From the NCBI GenBank assembly GCA_963774385.1, contig CAVZEQ010000006.1, forward strand, positions 226 through 64,225: DNA of 64,000 nt, given 5' to 3'. Below the pieces are notes generated by a model that ran no database searches, was not told the origin of the DNA, and saw nothing but the letters and a program-made list of their open reading frames with translations. Positions 10,520 through 20,257 of this stretch are shown here, piece by piece (within the stretch, counting starts at the first letter, position 1; each line of letters begins with the position of its first letter). Made by a program: the position numbers and the translations under genes. Origin of the DNA: an uncultured Actinomycetota bacterium. GTDB lineage: Bacteria; Actinomycetota; Actinomycetes; Streptosporangiales; Streptosporangiaceae.

Positions 10520-12388
10520 GTGACCAAGCAGGTCCAGAAGCTCGATCGTGTCATCATCAGGTTCGCTGGCGACTCCGGCGACGGCATGCAACTCGCCGGG
10601 GACAGGTTCACCCAGGAGACTGCGACATTCGGCAACGACCTCTCGACGCTGCCCAACTTCCCCGCGGAGATCAGAGCCCCGGCTGGCACGCTGCCGGGGG
10701 TCTCTAGCTTCCAGCTGCATTTCGCTGATCACGACATACTGACGCCCGGCGACGCGCCCGACGTACTGGTCGCGATGAACCCGGCCGCGCTGAAAGCCAA
10801 CCTGGAGGACGTGCCACGCGGCGGCGACATCATCGCCAACACCGATGAGTTCTCCAAGCGCAACCTGGCCAAGGTCGGCTATCAGTCGAATCCGCTGGAG
10901 GACGGCTCGCTCGACGCCTACCAGCTGCACGCCATCCCGATCACCTCGGTCACCGTGAAGGCGCTCGAGAGCTTCGACATCAGCCGCAAGGATGCCGAGC
11001 GGGCGAAGAACATGTTCGCCCTCGGGCTGCTGTCCTGGCTGTACAACCGGCCGGTCGATGGCACGATGAAGTTCCTCGACTCCAAGTTCGCCAGCAAGCC
11101 GGAGATCCTCGCTGCCAACAAGGCAGCGTTCCAGGCGGGCTGGAACTACGGCGAGACCACCGAGGCTTTCTCCGTTCAGTACGAGGTCAAGCCGGCCACC
11201 CTGACTCCCGGCACGTACCGGAACATCACCGGCAACAGTGCGCTGGCTTATGGCCTGGTGGCGGCCTCCCGCCGGTCCGGGCTTCCGCTGTTCCTGGGCT
11301 CCTACCCGATCACGCCGGCTTCTGACGTCCTGCATGAGCTGTCGAAGCTGAAGCGCTTCGGCGTGCGCACCATGCAGGCCGAAGACGAGATCAGCGGCGT
11401 CGGGGCAGCGCTCGGCGCTTCGTTCGGCGGCAGCCTCGGCGTGACGACGACGTCGGGTCCTGGCATGTGCCTGAAGGCAGAGACCATCGGGCTGGCAGTT
11501 TCCGTCGAGCTGCCGCTGATCATCTGCGATATCCAGCGAGCGGGCCCGTCCACCGGCATGCCGACCAAGACCGAGCAGGCGGACTTGCTGATGGCGCTCT
11601 TCGGCCGGAACGGCGAGTCGCCGGTCGCGGTGGTCGCCCCGGCCACCCCCTCCGACTGTTTCGATATCGCCATTGAAGCGGTTCGGATCGCGGTCAAGTA
11701 CCGGACTCCGGTGATCATCCTCTCGGATGGCTACCTGGCGAACGGCTCCGAACCCTGGCGGATCCCGAGCGTGGACGGACTGGCCCGGCTTCGGGACGAG
11801 TTCAAGTTCGCCAGCGGGAACGTGGTGGTAGACGGCGCTGCCGGTCCGCCATTCCTGCCGTTCCAGCGTGATCCGAAGACGCTCGCCAGGCCATGGGCGG
11901 TCCCTGGCACGCCTGGCCTCGAGCACCGGATCGGCGGGATCGAGAAGGCCGATGGCTCCGGCGCTATCTCCTACGATCCGGACAACCACGACAAGATGGT
12001 GCGCCTGCGGCAAGCGAAGATCGACGGCATCGCAGCGGATATCGCGCCGCTCGAAGTCGACGACCCGGACGGGAACGCCCGGGTCCTGGTGCTCGGCTGG
12101 GGCTCCACCTTTGGCTCCATCGGCGCCGCCGTGCGCCGGGTGCGGCTGGCTGGCGGCGCGATTGCCCAGGCTCATTTGCGGCATCTGTCCCCGTTCCCCG
12201 CAAACCTTGGCGAGGTCCTGCAGGCCTACGACAAGGTTCTGGTGCCAGAGATCAACCTCGGCCAGCTCGCGCTGTTGCTTCGCGGCCGCTACCTGGCCGA
12301 CGTGGTTTCCTACAACAGGGTGCGCGGACTCCCGTTCCGGGCGGCTGAGCTGGCCGATGTCATCCAGGATGTGATCATCAATGTCTGA
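10520..12388 (+). CDS. korA: 2-oxoglutarate:ferredoxin oxidoreductase subunit alpha
   Basis: The GTG at 10520 has GGAGGAGG 9 nt upstream. Motifs RFAGDSGDGMQLAGDRFT and GSYPITPASDVLHEL. Its size and pairing with the beta subunit match actinobacterial KorAB. Confidence 0.92.
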   Translation: MTKQVQKLDRVIIRFAGDSGDGMQLAGDRFTQETATFGNDLSTLPNFPAEIRAPAGTLPGVSSFQLHFADHDILTPGDAPDVLVAMNPAALKANLEDVPRGGDIIANTDEFSKRNLAKVGYQSNPLEDGSLDAYQLHAIPITSVTVKALESFDISRKDAERAKNMFALGLLSWLYNRPVDGTMKFLDSKFASKPEILAANKAAFQAGWNYGETTEAFSVQYEVKPATLTPGTYRNITGNSALAYGLVAASRRSGLPLFLGSYPITPASDVLHELSKLKRFGVRTMQAEDEISGVGAALGASFGGSLGVTTTSGPGMCLKAETIGLAVSVELPLIICDIQRAGPSTGMPTKTEQADLLMALFGRNGESPVAVVAPATPSDCFDIAIEAVRIAVKYRTPVIILSDGYLANGSEPWRIPSVDGLARLRDEFKFASGNVVVDGAAGPPFLPFQRDPKTLARPWAVPGTPGLEHRIGGIEKADGSGAISYDPDNHDKMVRLRQAKIDGIAADIAPLEVDDPDGNARVLVLGWGSTFGSIGAAVRRVRLAGGAIAQAHLRHLSPFPANLGEVLQAYDKVLVPEINLGQLALLLRGRYLADVVSYNRVRGLPFRAAELADVIQDVIINV

Positions 12389-13454
12389 CCCGGAGTTCCC
12401 CGAGCCGCAGCACCGGTTCGCGTCGCTGACGCTCGTGCCGAAGGCTGATGAGAAGCTCACCACCAAGGATTTCAAGTCCGATCAGGAAGTCCGGTGGTGC
12501 CCAGGCTGCGGTGACTACGCGATTCTGGCGGCCTTCCAGGCGTTCCTGCCTGAGCTGGAGATCCCCCGGGAGAACCTGGTCATCATCTCGGGCATCGGCT
12601 GCTCCTCGCGGCTGCCTTACTACGTGAACAGCTACGGGATGCACTCGATTCACGGCCGGGCACCGACCATCGCGTCCGGCCTGGCAGCGTCCCGGCCGGA
12701 CCTGTCCGTCTGGGTGATCACCGGCGACGGCGATGCGCTGTCGATTGGCGGGAACCACCTGATCCACGCGCTGCGCAGGAACGTGAACATCAAGATCCTG
12801 CTGTTCAACAACAGGATCTACGGGCTGACCAAGGGCCAGTACTCACCGACCTCCGAACAGGGCAAGGTCACCAAATCGACGCCCTACGGGTCGCTCGACA
12901 CGCCCTTCAACCCGGTGTCTCTGGCTCTCGGGGCCGAGGCCGGATTCGTAGCCAGGACGATCGACTCCGACCGCAAGCATCTGACGAGCGTGCTGCGCGC
13001 TGCCGCCGATCACAAGGGCACCGCGTTCGTTGAGATCTACCAGAACTGCCCGATCTTCAATGACGACGCCTTCCTGCCGCTGACCGAGCCAGGTGAGCGG
13101 GAGCAGCACCTTATCCGGCTGGAACATGACGAGCCGATCCGGTTCGGCGCGGACGGCGGCCAGGGGCTACGCTTCGGCCGCCGCGGCGGGCTGGAGGCGG
13201 TGCCCGTTGAGGGCACCGACCCCGACTCACTACTCGTCCACGATCAGCACGCGGCCGACCCGTCATATGCGTTCGCGCTCTCCCGGCTGGACAACTCCGA
13301 TTTCGCGCACACCCCGATCGGCGTCTTCAGGCAGGTCGAGCGGCCGAGTTACGACGACCTCATGTCGGCGCAGATCGACGCGGCGCGGCAGAAGCAGGGT
13401 GATGGTGAGCTAGCGGACCTGCTGGCAGGAACTGACACCTGGCAAGTGGGCTGA
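12381..13454 (+). CDS. korB: 2-oxoglutarate:ferredoxin oxidoreductase subunit beta (TPP-binding)
   Basis: The start overlaps the korA end by 8 nt. Motifs CPGCGDY and ITGDGDALSIGGNH. Confidence 0.92.
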   Translation: MSDPEFPEPQHRFASLTLVPKADEKLTTKDFKSDQEVRWCPGCGDYAILAAFQAFLPELEIPRENLVIISGIGCSSRLPYYVNSYGMHSIHGRAPTIASGLAASRPDLSVWVITGDGDALSIGGNHLIHALRRNVNIKILLFNNRIYGLTKGQYSPTSEQGKVTKSTPYGSLDTPFNPVSLALGAEAGFVARTIDSDRKHLTSVLRAAADHKGTAFVEIYQNCPIFNDDAFLPLTEPGEREQHLIRLEHDEPIRFGADGGQGLRFGRRGGLEAVPVEGTDPDSLLVHDQHAADPSYAFALSRLDNSDFAHTPIGVFRQVERPSYDDLMSAQIDAARQKQGDGELADLLAGTDTWQVG

Positions 13455-14218
13455 TGACCGTAACGGTGGACCGGTCCGGCCCGGTGACAACCGTCATACT
13501 GAATCGGCCCGAGGTGCGCAATGCTGTCGACGGGCCAACTGCTGCGGCGCTAGCCGAGGCGTTCGCCGACTTCGACGCCGACGCGGACGCCGCGGTAGCA
13601 GTGCTGTTCGGCGCGGGCGGGACCTTCTGCGCCGGCGCCGACCTGAAAGCGATGGGCAGCCAGCGGGCTAACCGGACCGCGCCCGATGGCGCCGGCCCGA
13701 TGGGTCCCACCAGGATGCGGTTGTCGAAGCCGGTCATCGCCGCAGTCGCCGGGCACGCGGTGGCAGGCGGACTCGAACTGGCGCTGTGGTGTGACCTGCG
13801 CGTCGCAGAGGAGACCGCCGTGTTCGGCGTGTTCTGCCGGCGCTGGGGGGTTCCGCTGATTGACGGCGGCACGGTTCGGCTGCCGCAGGTTGTCGGCCTC
13901 GGCCGGGCGATGGACATGATCTTGACCGGCCGTCCGGTACCAGCGGCGGAAGCCCTGGAAATAGGTCTGGCGAACAGGGTTGTCCGGGCCGGTATGGCCC
14001 GGGAAGCAGCCGAGCAGCTGGCCCTGCAGATCGCCGCGTTCCCGCAAGCCTGCATGCGCAGTGACCGGGCCGCAGCGCTCGACGGCCTCTCCCTCGGCAT
14101 TGCCGACGCCATGGCCAGCGAGTTCAGTCACGGCATGGCGACGCTCGCCGACCCCGGCGTCATCGAGGGCGTCTCCCGGTTCCGCGGCGGCGCGGGTCGC
14201 GGCGGCGCGCCCGCCTAG
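13454..14218 (+). CDS. enoyl-CoA hydratase/isomerase (crotonase) family protein
   Basis: The ATG shares one nucleotide with the korB stop (TGATG). Crotonase oxyanion motifs FCAGADLKA and AAVAGHAVAGGLELALWCDLRVA. Confidence 0.85.
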   Translation: MTVTVDRSGPVTTVILNRPEVRNAVDGPTAAALAEAFADFDADADAAVAVLFGAGGTFCAGADLKAMGSQRANRTAPDGAGPMGPTRMRLSKPVIAAVAGHAVAGGLELALWCDLRVAEETAVFGVFCRRWGVPLIDGGTVRLPQVVGLGRAMDMILTGRPVPAAEALEIGLANRVVRAGMAREAAEQLALQIAAFPQACMRSDRAAALDGLSLGIADAMASEFSHGMATLADPGVIEGVSRFRGGAGRGGAPA

Positions 14219-14221
14219 CTG

Positions 14222-15655
14222 TCAGCGTTTCGCCGCGAGCGGCACGCCTGCCGTGACCCGGCGGGAGGTCGAGCTGAATCCCGCTGCCGACACGTCCTCC
14301 AGGCTGTGCCCGGCCGGTTCGGGCAATGTCAGCGTGAGCAGGAAGCCAGCCACCGAGATCACGCCGGCCAGCAGGAGCGTCCCGCGCAGGCCGAAGGAGT
14401 CCTTGAGGATGGGGAACAGGAACACGCCCACGAAGGCGCCGAACTTCCCGATTCCGGCCGAGATGCCGTGACCGGTCGCCCGTACCGATACCGGGTAGAG
14501 CTCGCCGGGCAGCACGAACGTAGTCATGTTGGGGCCGAACTCAGTGAAGAAGTAGCTGATCCCGAACACCGCGAGGAACGGCAGCACTGTGGTCGTCATG
14601 CCCGGCACCAGGCCAATCACGATGAAGCAAAGTGCCATGACGGCGAACCCCAGCAACTGCAGCCGACGGTGCCCGATCTTGTCAATCCGCATGATGCCCA
14701 GGATGTAGCCGGGCACGGCCGCCACCACGAAAATCGCCAGCTGGATCGCGATCGTGGTCATGACCGACGCGGTCGGCGAGATCAGGCTGATGATCTGCGG
14801 AGTGGAGATCGTATTGCCGTAGTAGGCATAGTCGAGCAGGAACCAGGTCCCGGCGGTGCCGATAAGCAGCATGACGAACCGGCGGGTGGTCAGGAACTCC
14901 CGTAGTCCCATTGCCGGGGCCGGCCCCCCGGATGTGGCGGCGGTCACTGCGCCGTCGCTGAACCGGTGAAGTTGCTCGGCAGCCCGCGCGCCATGGCCCT
15001 GCACCTGAGCCTGATAGCGCGGTGACTCAGGCATCCGGCGGCGTAGATAGACGACGGCTGCGGCCGGCACGGCTCCGAGCCCCAGCAGCAACCTCCAGGT
15101 GATGCCCGTAGACAGGCCAGAGCCAAGCAGGGCAAGTGCGATGACCGGGCCGATCACAAGGCCAAGCGCCTGGGTGGAGAAGACAAGGCCGACCAGCTTG
15201 CCGCGATTCGTGCGGTTGGCGTATTCGGTCATCAGGACAGCGCTGACCGGGTAATCACCGCCAACGCCGACGCCGAGCAGGAACCGGAACCCGATCAGCA
15301 CCCAGAACGAGGGCGCCAGCGCCGAGCCGATCGCAGCAACCGCCATCACCGCTGCCACCAGCCAGTACACCCTCTTGCGGCCGACCAGATCGGCGATCCT
15401 GCCGAACGCGATGGCACCGAGGCACGCGGCACCCAGCATGGTGGCATTGAGCACGGCAAGCTTCCCGGTACCCAGATGCCATTCCTGCTTGATCAGCGTC
15501 GAGGCGATGCCGATGATGAAGAGGTCGTAAGCATCGGTGAAGAATCCCATGCCGGACACCACCGCGGCCCGCAGGTGGAACCTGCTGAGCTTGACCTCGT
15601 CGAGGGCGCCGATCAGGTCGCCGGACACAGCGTCCGCCACTGCGATCTCCTTCAT
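14222..15655 (-). CDS. MFS transporter (sugar-porter / PHS-like)
   Basis: 477 aa, about 12 hydrophobic helices. MFS motif A is GRIADLVGRKRVY. The N-terminus FFTDAYDLFIIGIA is typical of the metabolite/phosphate:H+ symporter subgroup. Confidence 0.87.
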   Translation of the reverse strand: MKEIAVADAVSGDLIGALDEVKLSRFHLRAAVVSGMGFFTDAYDLFIIGIASTLIKQEWHLGTGKLAVLNATMLGAACLGAIAFGRIADLVGRKRVYWLVAAVMAVAAIGSALAPSFWVLIGFRFLLGVGVGGDYPVSAVLMTEYANRTNRGKLVGLVFSTQALGLVIGPVIALALLGSGLSTGITWRLLLGLGAVPAAAVVYLRRRMPESPRYQAQVQGHGARAAEQLHRFSDGAVTAATSGGPAPAMGLREFLTTRRFVMLLIGTAGTWFLLDYAYYGNTISTPQIISLISPTASVMTTIAIQLAIFVVAAVPGYILGIMRIDKIGHRRLQLLGFAVMALCFIVIGLVPGMTTTVLPFLAVFGISYFFTEFGPNMTTFVLPGELYPVSVRATGHGISAGIGKFGAFVGVFLFPILKDSFGLRGTLLLAGVISVAGFLLTLTLPEPAGHSLEDVSAAGFSSTSRRVTAGVPLAAKR

Positions 15656-15738
15656 TCAGCTGGCGCAGTTCGGTTAACCGTCACCGACGAACGTACGGGT
15701 TCTAGGCGAATCATCCTCGACTGCCAGATGAACGACAG

Positions 15739-17037
15739 GTGAACGAGCTGCGTGAATCACAGCACGTCCGTCCTTCTCCGCCCGGGGACGCGGCCGTTTG
15801 CAAGACTGACGATGTGGATGCCGAGCAGCTCGAGCGGGCGTACCGGGACGAGGCGACGAAGCTGCGGGCTACCCTCGCCAGGCGCATCGGCGACGTCGGA
15901 CTGGCCGAGGAACTCGTCCAGGATGCGTTTGTCGAGGCACTCGTGCACTGGCGGGACGAGGGCGTCCCCGCCAATCCGGGCGGCTGGCTCACCACGACGG
16001 CCTGGCGCAAGGCCATTGACCGGCAGCGCCGGGCCCAGGCCGGCCGGGAGAAGCTCACTCTGCTAGCCATCACCCAGTCCCGTGCCGTTGTCCCCGACGT
16101 GCTGGCCGAGCCGGCCGCCGAGCAGGACGACGACATGCTGAGCCTGGTGTTCGCCTGCTGCCACCCGGCGCTGCCAGCCGACTCCCAGGTCGCGCTGACC
16201 TTGCGCACCGTGTGCGGCCTGACCACCCCGGAGATCGCGGCCGCGTTCCTGGCCAGCGAGCAGACCATGGGACAGCGGCTGTCCAGGGCGCGCCGGTCAT
16301 TGCGCGACGCTGGCGTCGTAGTCCGCGTGCCTGATCCGGACGAGCTTGGCGAGCGGCTTGCCGCCGTGCTCGAGGTTGTCTACCTGGTGTTCAACGAGGG
16401 CTACCTGGCCAGTGCGGGAGTCTCGCCGGCCAGGCGCGACCTGGCCGCTCAGGCGCTGTCGCTGGCCCGCCTGCTGCACCGGCTCATGCCCCGCGAGCCG
16501 GAGGTGCTGGGCTTGCTCGCCCTGCTGATGCTGCACGAGTCACGCGCCGCGGCCAGGTTCGACGGCTGGGGACGGCTCATCCAGCTGTCCGAGCAGGACC
16601 GGAGCCGGTGGGACCGGGACTCTGCGGCGGCGGCGACGCAGCTGCTCGATCGCGCCATCGCGTTGCGCCGACCCGGTCCGTACCAGGTTCAGGCCGCCAT
16701 CGCCGCGCTGCATGCCGCGGCGCCCGAATACGGCCAGACCGACTGGCGCCAGATCCGGCTCCTCTATGACCGGCTGAACACCATGACCCCGTCGCCGGTG
16801 ATCCGGCTGAACCGGGCGGTGGCCACGAGATTCGCGACCGGACCAGCTGCCGCGCTGGCTGAAGTCGAGCCGCTGGGAGCGGAGCTCGGTAACTACCGGC
16901 TGTTTCACGCGGTACGTGCCGAACTGCTGGCCGCGCTCGGCCGGACGGCCGAGGCGCGCGCCGCCAACGAGCGAGCGCTCGTGCTGGCCGCGAACCCGGC
17001 CGAGCGCGAGCTCATCGCTCGTCGGCTGTCGGGCTAG
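15739..17037 (+). CDS. ECF-type RNA polymerase sigma factor with a long C-terminal extension (COG4941-like)
   Basis: Sigma region 2 (LVQDAFVEALVHW...PGGWLTTTAWRKAIDRQRR), region 4 (LRTVCGLTTPEIAAAFLASEQTMGQRLSRARR), and a ~230-aa helical tail. Lies next to a YciI gene, which is the usual pairing. Confidence 0.85.
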   Translation: MNELRESQHVRPSPPGDAAVCKTDDVDAEQLERAYRDEATKLRATLARRIGDVGLAEELVQDAFVEALVHWRDEGVPANPGGWLTTTAWRKAIDRQRRAQAGREKLTLLAITQSRAVVPDVLAEPAAEQDDDMLSLVFACCHPALPADSQVALTLRTVCGLTTPEIAAAFLASEQTMGQRLSRARRSLRDAGVVVRVPDPDELGERLAAVLEVVYLVFNEGYLASAGVSPARRDLAAQALSLARLLHRLMPREPEVLGLLALLMLHESRAAARFDGWGRLIQLSEQDRSRWDRDSAAAATQLLDRAIALRRPGPYQVQAAIAALHAAAPEYGQTDWRQIRLLYDRLNTMTPSPVIRLNRAVATRFATGPAAALAEVEPLGAELGNYRLFHAVRAELLAALGRTAEARAANERALVLAANPAERELIARRLSG

Positions 17038-17040
17038 CGC

Positions 17041-17385
17041 TCAGAACTCGACAACAGGCCGGAGCTCGATGGTAATCAGGCCACGGTCAATGCCAGGCCA
17101 GGTCCTGGTGACCTCCACCGCCTCGTCATAGGAGCCTGCTTCCAGCACGGAGTACCCGCCAAGCACTTCCTTGGTCTCCATGAAGGGGCCATCGGTCACG
17201 CCGTTCGTGCGCACGGTCTTCGCAGTGTCCGGCGGCTGTAGCTGGTGGCCGGTATCGGCGAGCGCGCCGGAGCTTGCGTGCTTCTCATACCAGCTCATGA
17301 CTTCCGCGCCCCACGCCTGCTGCTCCTCCGCGTTCAGGCTGGCTACGGCTTCAGCGTTGTTCAAGATGAGCATGACGTACTTCAT
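17041..17385 (-). CDS. YciI-family protein
   Basis: 114 aa with the DGPFMETKEVLGGYSVLE motif. AGGAGGA lies upstream of the ATG. Confidence 0.85.
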   Translation of the reverse strand: MKYVMLILNNAEAVASLNAEEQQAWGAEVMSWYEKHASSGALADTGHQLQPPDTAKTVRTNGVTDGPFMETKEVLGGYSVLEAGSYDEAVEVTRTWPGIDRGLITIELRPVVEF

Positions 17386-17546
17386 CGCGCTGTCCTCCTG
17401 CTAGTAGGGCGGGTGCCTGCTGGCACCTCTCTACTCATGGCTACGAACGGCATCTCTGCGGTTTCGACATGGCCGGCTCGAATCTCAGCGCAACTCTCAC
17501 ACTGCTTGCGGCGTCATGGATGATAACGACGACCGGGGGTCATGTG

Positions 17547-18497
17547 ATGAGCCAAGCCCGCTACGCACCGCCTAAGGCCTTGACGTACCTAATGGCGACG
17601 ACGGCGACAACGGCGACGATTGCGGCACTGGTCTGGCCAGCGGCGGCCAGCGCCGCGCCGGCAGCCGCCCGGACGGCGCCGACGTCCCCGGCACAGGCCA
17701 TCTGCGTGTCCGCGACGAACCCCCGGCTAGCCGCGCGGATTAGTCGTGGCATCCTTGCGGCGCTCCGGCGGCGCGACTCGGTGGTCGGCCTCGCGGCCTC
17801 GGCCCCCCGATACAACCTGACCTGCAATTACCACGCCCGCCAGCATTTCGACGCGGCCAGCGTCATCAAGGCAACGATTATCAGTGCGCTGCTGCTGAAG
17901 GTGGGCGGACCGGCACGCCTGACGCACCAGCAGCGCAGGCTGGCCTGGCTGATGATCACTGAGTCCGACAACGACGCGGCCGAGGCGCTCTGGGACGAGG
18001 TCGGCATCCGGAGCATGCAGGCATTCCTCGACCGGGCAGGCATGCGGCAGACCGAACTGGCCCGTGCCTGGGGACTGTCGCTGCTCACCGCCCACGATGA
18101 GATGCTGCTGTTGCGCCTGCTCACCAGTCCCGGCAAGGTGCTGACTGCGAAGTCGCGGAGCTACGTGCTGTGGCTGATGGCCAACGTCGTCTCATTCGAG
18201 CGCTGGGGCGTGTCGGCCGGCGCGCCGGAGGATATTACGGTGCACCTCAAGAACGGCTGGCTGCCCTACCCGAGCGCGACTGACTGGCATATCAACAGCA
18301 TCGGTGCCTTCACCGGTCCCGGTGCCAGCTATCAGCTCGCGATCCTCACCAGCGGCAACCCGGCAGAGAGCTACGGCATCGAGACGGTGCAGGCGGCAGC
18401 GTACGTCATCAACAGGCAGCTAGCCGGCGAGCGCGGCGATGACTCGAGCAGGCTCGTGCCGCCAGGGGAGGCGTCGCTGACTGCACCCGGCGGCTGA
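17547..18497 (+). CDS. secreted class-A beta-lactamase-like serine hydrolase
   Basis: The ATG at 17547 gives a signal-like N-terminus (ATIAALVWPAAASAAPAAA). SxxK (ASVIKA), SDN (ESDNDAA) and KxG (LKNGW) motifs are present. Confidence 0.75.
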   Translation: MSQARYAPPKALTYLMATTATTATIAALVWPAAASAAPAAARTAPTSPAQAICVSATNPRLAARISRGILAALRRRDSVVGLAASAPRYNLTCNYHARQHFDAASVIKATIISALLLKVGGPARLTHQQRRLAWLMITESDNDAAEALWDEVGIRSMQAFLDRAGMRQTELARAWGLSLLTAHDEMLLLRLLTSPGKVLTAKSRSYVLWLMANVVSFERWGVSAGAPEDITVHLKNGWLPYPSATDWHINSIGAFTGPGASYQLAILTSGNPAESYGIETVQAAAYVINRQLAGERGDDSSRLVPPGEASLTAPGG

Positions 18498-18533
18498 TTG
18501 GCTGGGCACGGCCGCGACCGACGATAATGCGGC

Positions 18534-19250
18534 ATGACCGCAGTGGCCCCGTTTCCCGACTTCAGGTTCGCGCCGAATATCGGCGGGCAACCCGCTGCCT
18601 ATGAGGTTGAGAATCGGGCCGTAGACCACGCCGGGCACGTGCTCGAGGCAATGCGCGCGATCGCACCGTGGGCCGGGAAGACCATCATTGATCTGGGCTG
18701 CGGCACTGGCTACTGGCTGGCCAGGTACGCCGCCGAAGCGGCCTGGACGGTCGGCATCGAGCCCGCTCCCTCGTTGCGTGCAGTCGCCGCCCAAGCGGCC
18801 GGTCAGCTTCCGGGCACGGATGTGGTCGCCGGCTCTGCCGAGCACATCCCGCTGGCACGAGCCACCGCCGATGTCGTTCATGCCCGGTTCGCTTATTTCT
18901 TCCCGCCGGGCACGGACGCCGGGCTGGCTGAGGTACTCCGGGTGCTCAAGCCGGGCGGCCACCTCGTCGTGGTCGACAACGACTACCGGTGGGGTGAGTT
19001 CGCCGGCCTGCTCGCCGCGTCCGCGACCCGCCCGCCGGCGCAGACGGCGGCCACCGTGGACCGCTGGTGGATGGACCGGCAGGCCACCAGGCATGCAGTA
19101 AGGTCCGAGCTCAGCTTCGCCAGCCGTGCCGACCTAGCCGCTGTCTTGCGCATCGAGTTTCCCGCGGAGGTCGCTGATGACTGGCTCCGGCGCCATCCCG
19201 CCGCGACCGGCCTCAGTTACGGCTTCGTGCTGTTTGCCGTGCAAGCATGA
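18534..19250 (+). CDS. class I SAM-dependent methyltransferase
   Basis: SAM motif I IIDLGCGTGYWL, and the post-I/II segment VLKPGGHLVVVD. Confidence 0.8.
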   Translation: MTAVAPFPDFRFAPNIGGQPAAYEVENRAVDHAGHVLEAMRAIAPWAGKTIIDLGCGTGYWLARYAAEAAWTVGIEPAPSLRAVAAQAAGQLPGTDVVAGSAEHIPLARATADVVHARFAYFFPPGTDAGLAEVLRVLKPGGHLVVVDNDYRWGEFAGLLAASATRPPAQTAATVDRWWMDRQATRHAVRSELSFASRADLAAVLRIEFPAEVADDWLRRHPAATGLSYGFVLFAVQA

Positions 19251-19281
19251 CTTCGCCATGCTGAGCCGGACGGTTATCCGG

Positions 19282-19305
19282 CGGCCGGTTCCCTGGCACC
19301 GGCCG
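19282..19305. terminator. GC hairpin between convergent genes (weak terminator candidate)
   Basis: CGGCCGGT-(8 nt)-ACCGGCCG, lying between the methyltransferase stop and the DMT stop. No U-tract. Confidence 0.3.
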
Positions 19306-19306
19306 G

Positions 19307-20257
19307 CTAGCTGGCGGCGGCGGGCACCGTGGGCACTGGTGTCCGCGGCGCACCTTTCCGGGTGACGGCGAGCACCCCGAGACAGACCAGCAGGGCTCCG
19401 CTCACCTGGATCAGGGTCGGACGCTCGCCGAGCACGACATCAGCAAGGGCCAGTGCCAGCGCCGGCTGCAGCAGCAGCAACAGCGACGAGACCCGCGCCG
19501 GGAGCCTGGGCAGCGAGGAGGTGATCAGCAGCCAGCCGAGCGTCCCGCTCAGCAATGCCAGCGTCAGCAGCCAGAAGAACGACGGCCACGGGACGCTGAA
19601 CTGCAGGCCGCCGCCGATCAGGCCCAGCGCGATGGCTCCGGCCGCCGCCCCGGCGGTCGCGTCGGCGAGCTGACCAGCCACGTGCGGATTCTGCCCGGAC
19701 GTGCTGCGCAGGATGAGCAGGAAGCACGCGTAGGCCGCGGAGGTTGCGATGCCGTAACCGACGCCGGCGGCCGGGCGCAGTCCGGCAGCGTGCCCGCCGA
19801 GCAGGCCGGAGACCAGTACCACGCCGAGCAGCACCACCGGCAGCACCCCGAGGTAGCGGCGGTCCGGGCGCTCGCGCAGGGCCACCCAGGCGAACATGGC
19901 CACGAACAGGACCTGAAGATTGCCGAGCACGGTAGCGATGCCGGCTCCTACATCGGCGATGGCATGGTTCCAGAGCACCAGGTCGATGGCGAGGAACAGG
20001 CCAGCCAGCACCGCGTACATCCGGCTTGCGAGCGGCCGCGGTCCGTGCCGCCGCTGCTCGATTATGGCCAGCGGCACGAGTACCGGCAGGGCCAGCACGC
20101 ACCGGAACAAGGCCGTCGTGGCCGAGCCGACGTGCGCGAGCGTCACCAGGATGGCCGACGACGAGATGCAGGCAGCGCCGAGCGCCGCGGTCAGCATCGG
20201 GCGGCCCGCTGCGGGCTCACTAGCGGTCATGACCGTTTCGTCGTACGGTACTGACAT
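19307..20257 (-). CDS. DMT (EamA-type) family transporter
   Basis: 316 aa, about 10 hydrophobic helices in two EamA-like halves. An alternative ATG at 20230 is possible. Confidence 0.85.
   Translation of the reverse strand: MSVPYDETVMTASEPAAGRPMLTAALGAACISSSAILVTLAHVGSATTALFRCVLALPVLVPLAIIEQRRHGPRPLASRMYAVLAGLFLAIDLVLWNHAIADVGAGIATVLGNLQVLFVAMFAWVALRERPDRRYLGVLPVVLLGVVLVSGLLGGHAAGLRPAAGVGYGIATSAAYACFLLILRSTSGQNPHVAGQLADATAGAAAGAIALGLIGGGLQFSVPWPSFFWLLTLALLSGTLGWLLITSSLPRLPARVSSLLLLLQPALALALADVVLGERPTLIQVSGALLVCLGVLAVTRKGAPRTPVPTVPAAAS

Noticed and set aside
10361-12475. 704-aa ORF antisense to korA
   Set aside because: It lies opposite a gene with clear family motifs. Long stop-free antisense frames are expected in high-GC DNA. 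Its Arg/Gly/Ala-rich translation contains no recognisable motif.
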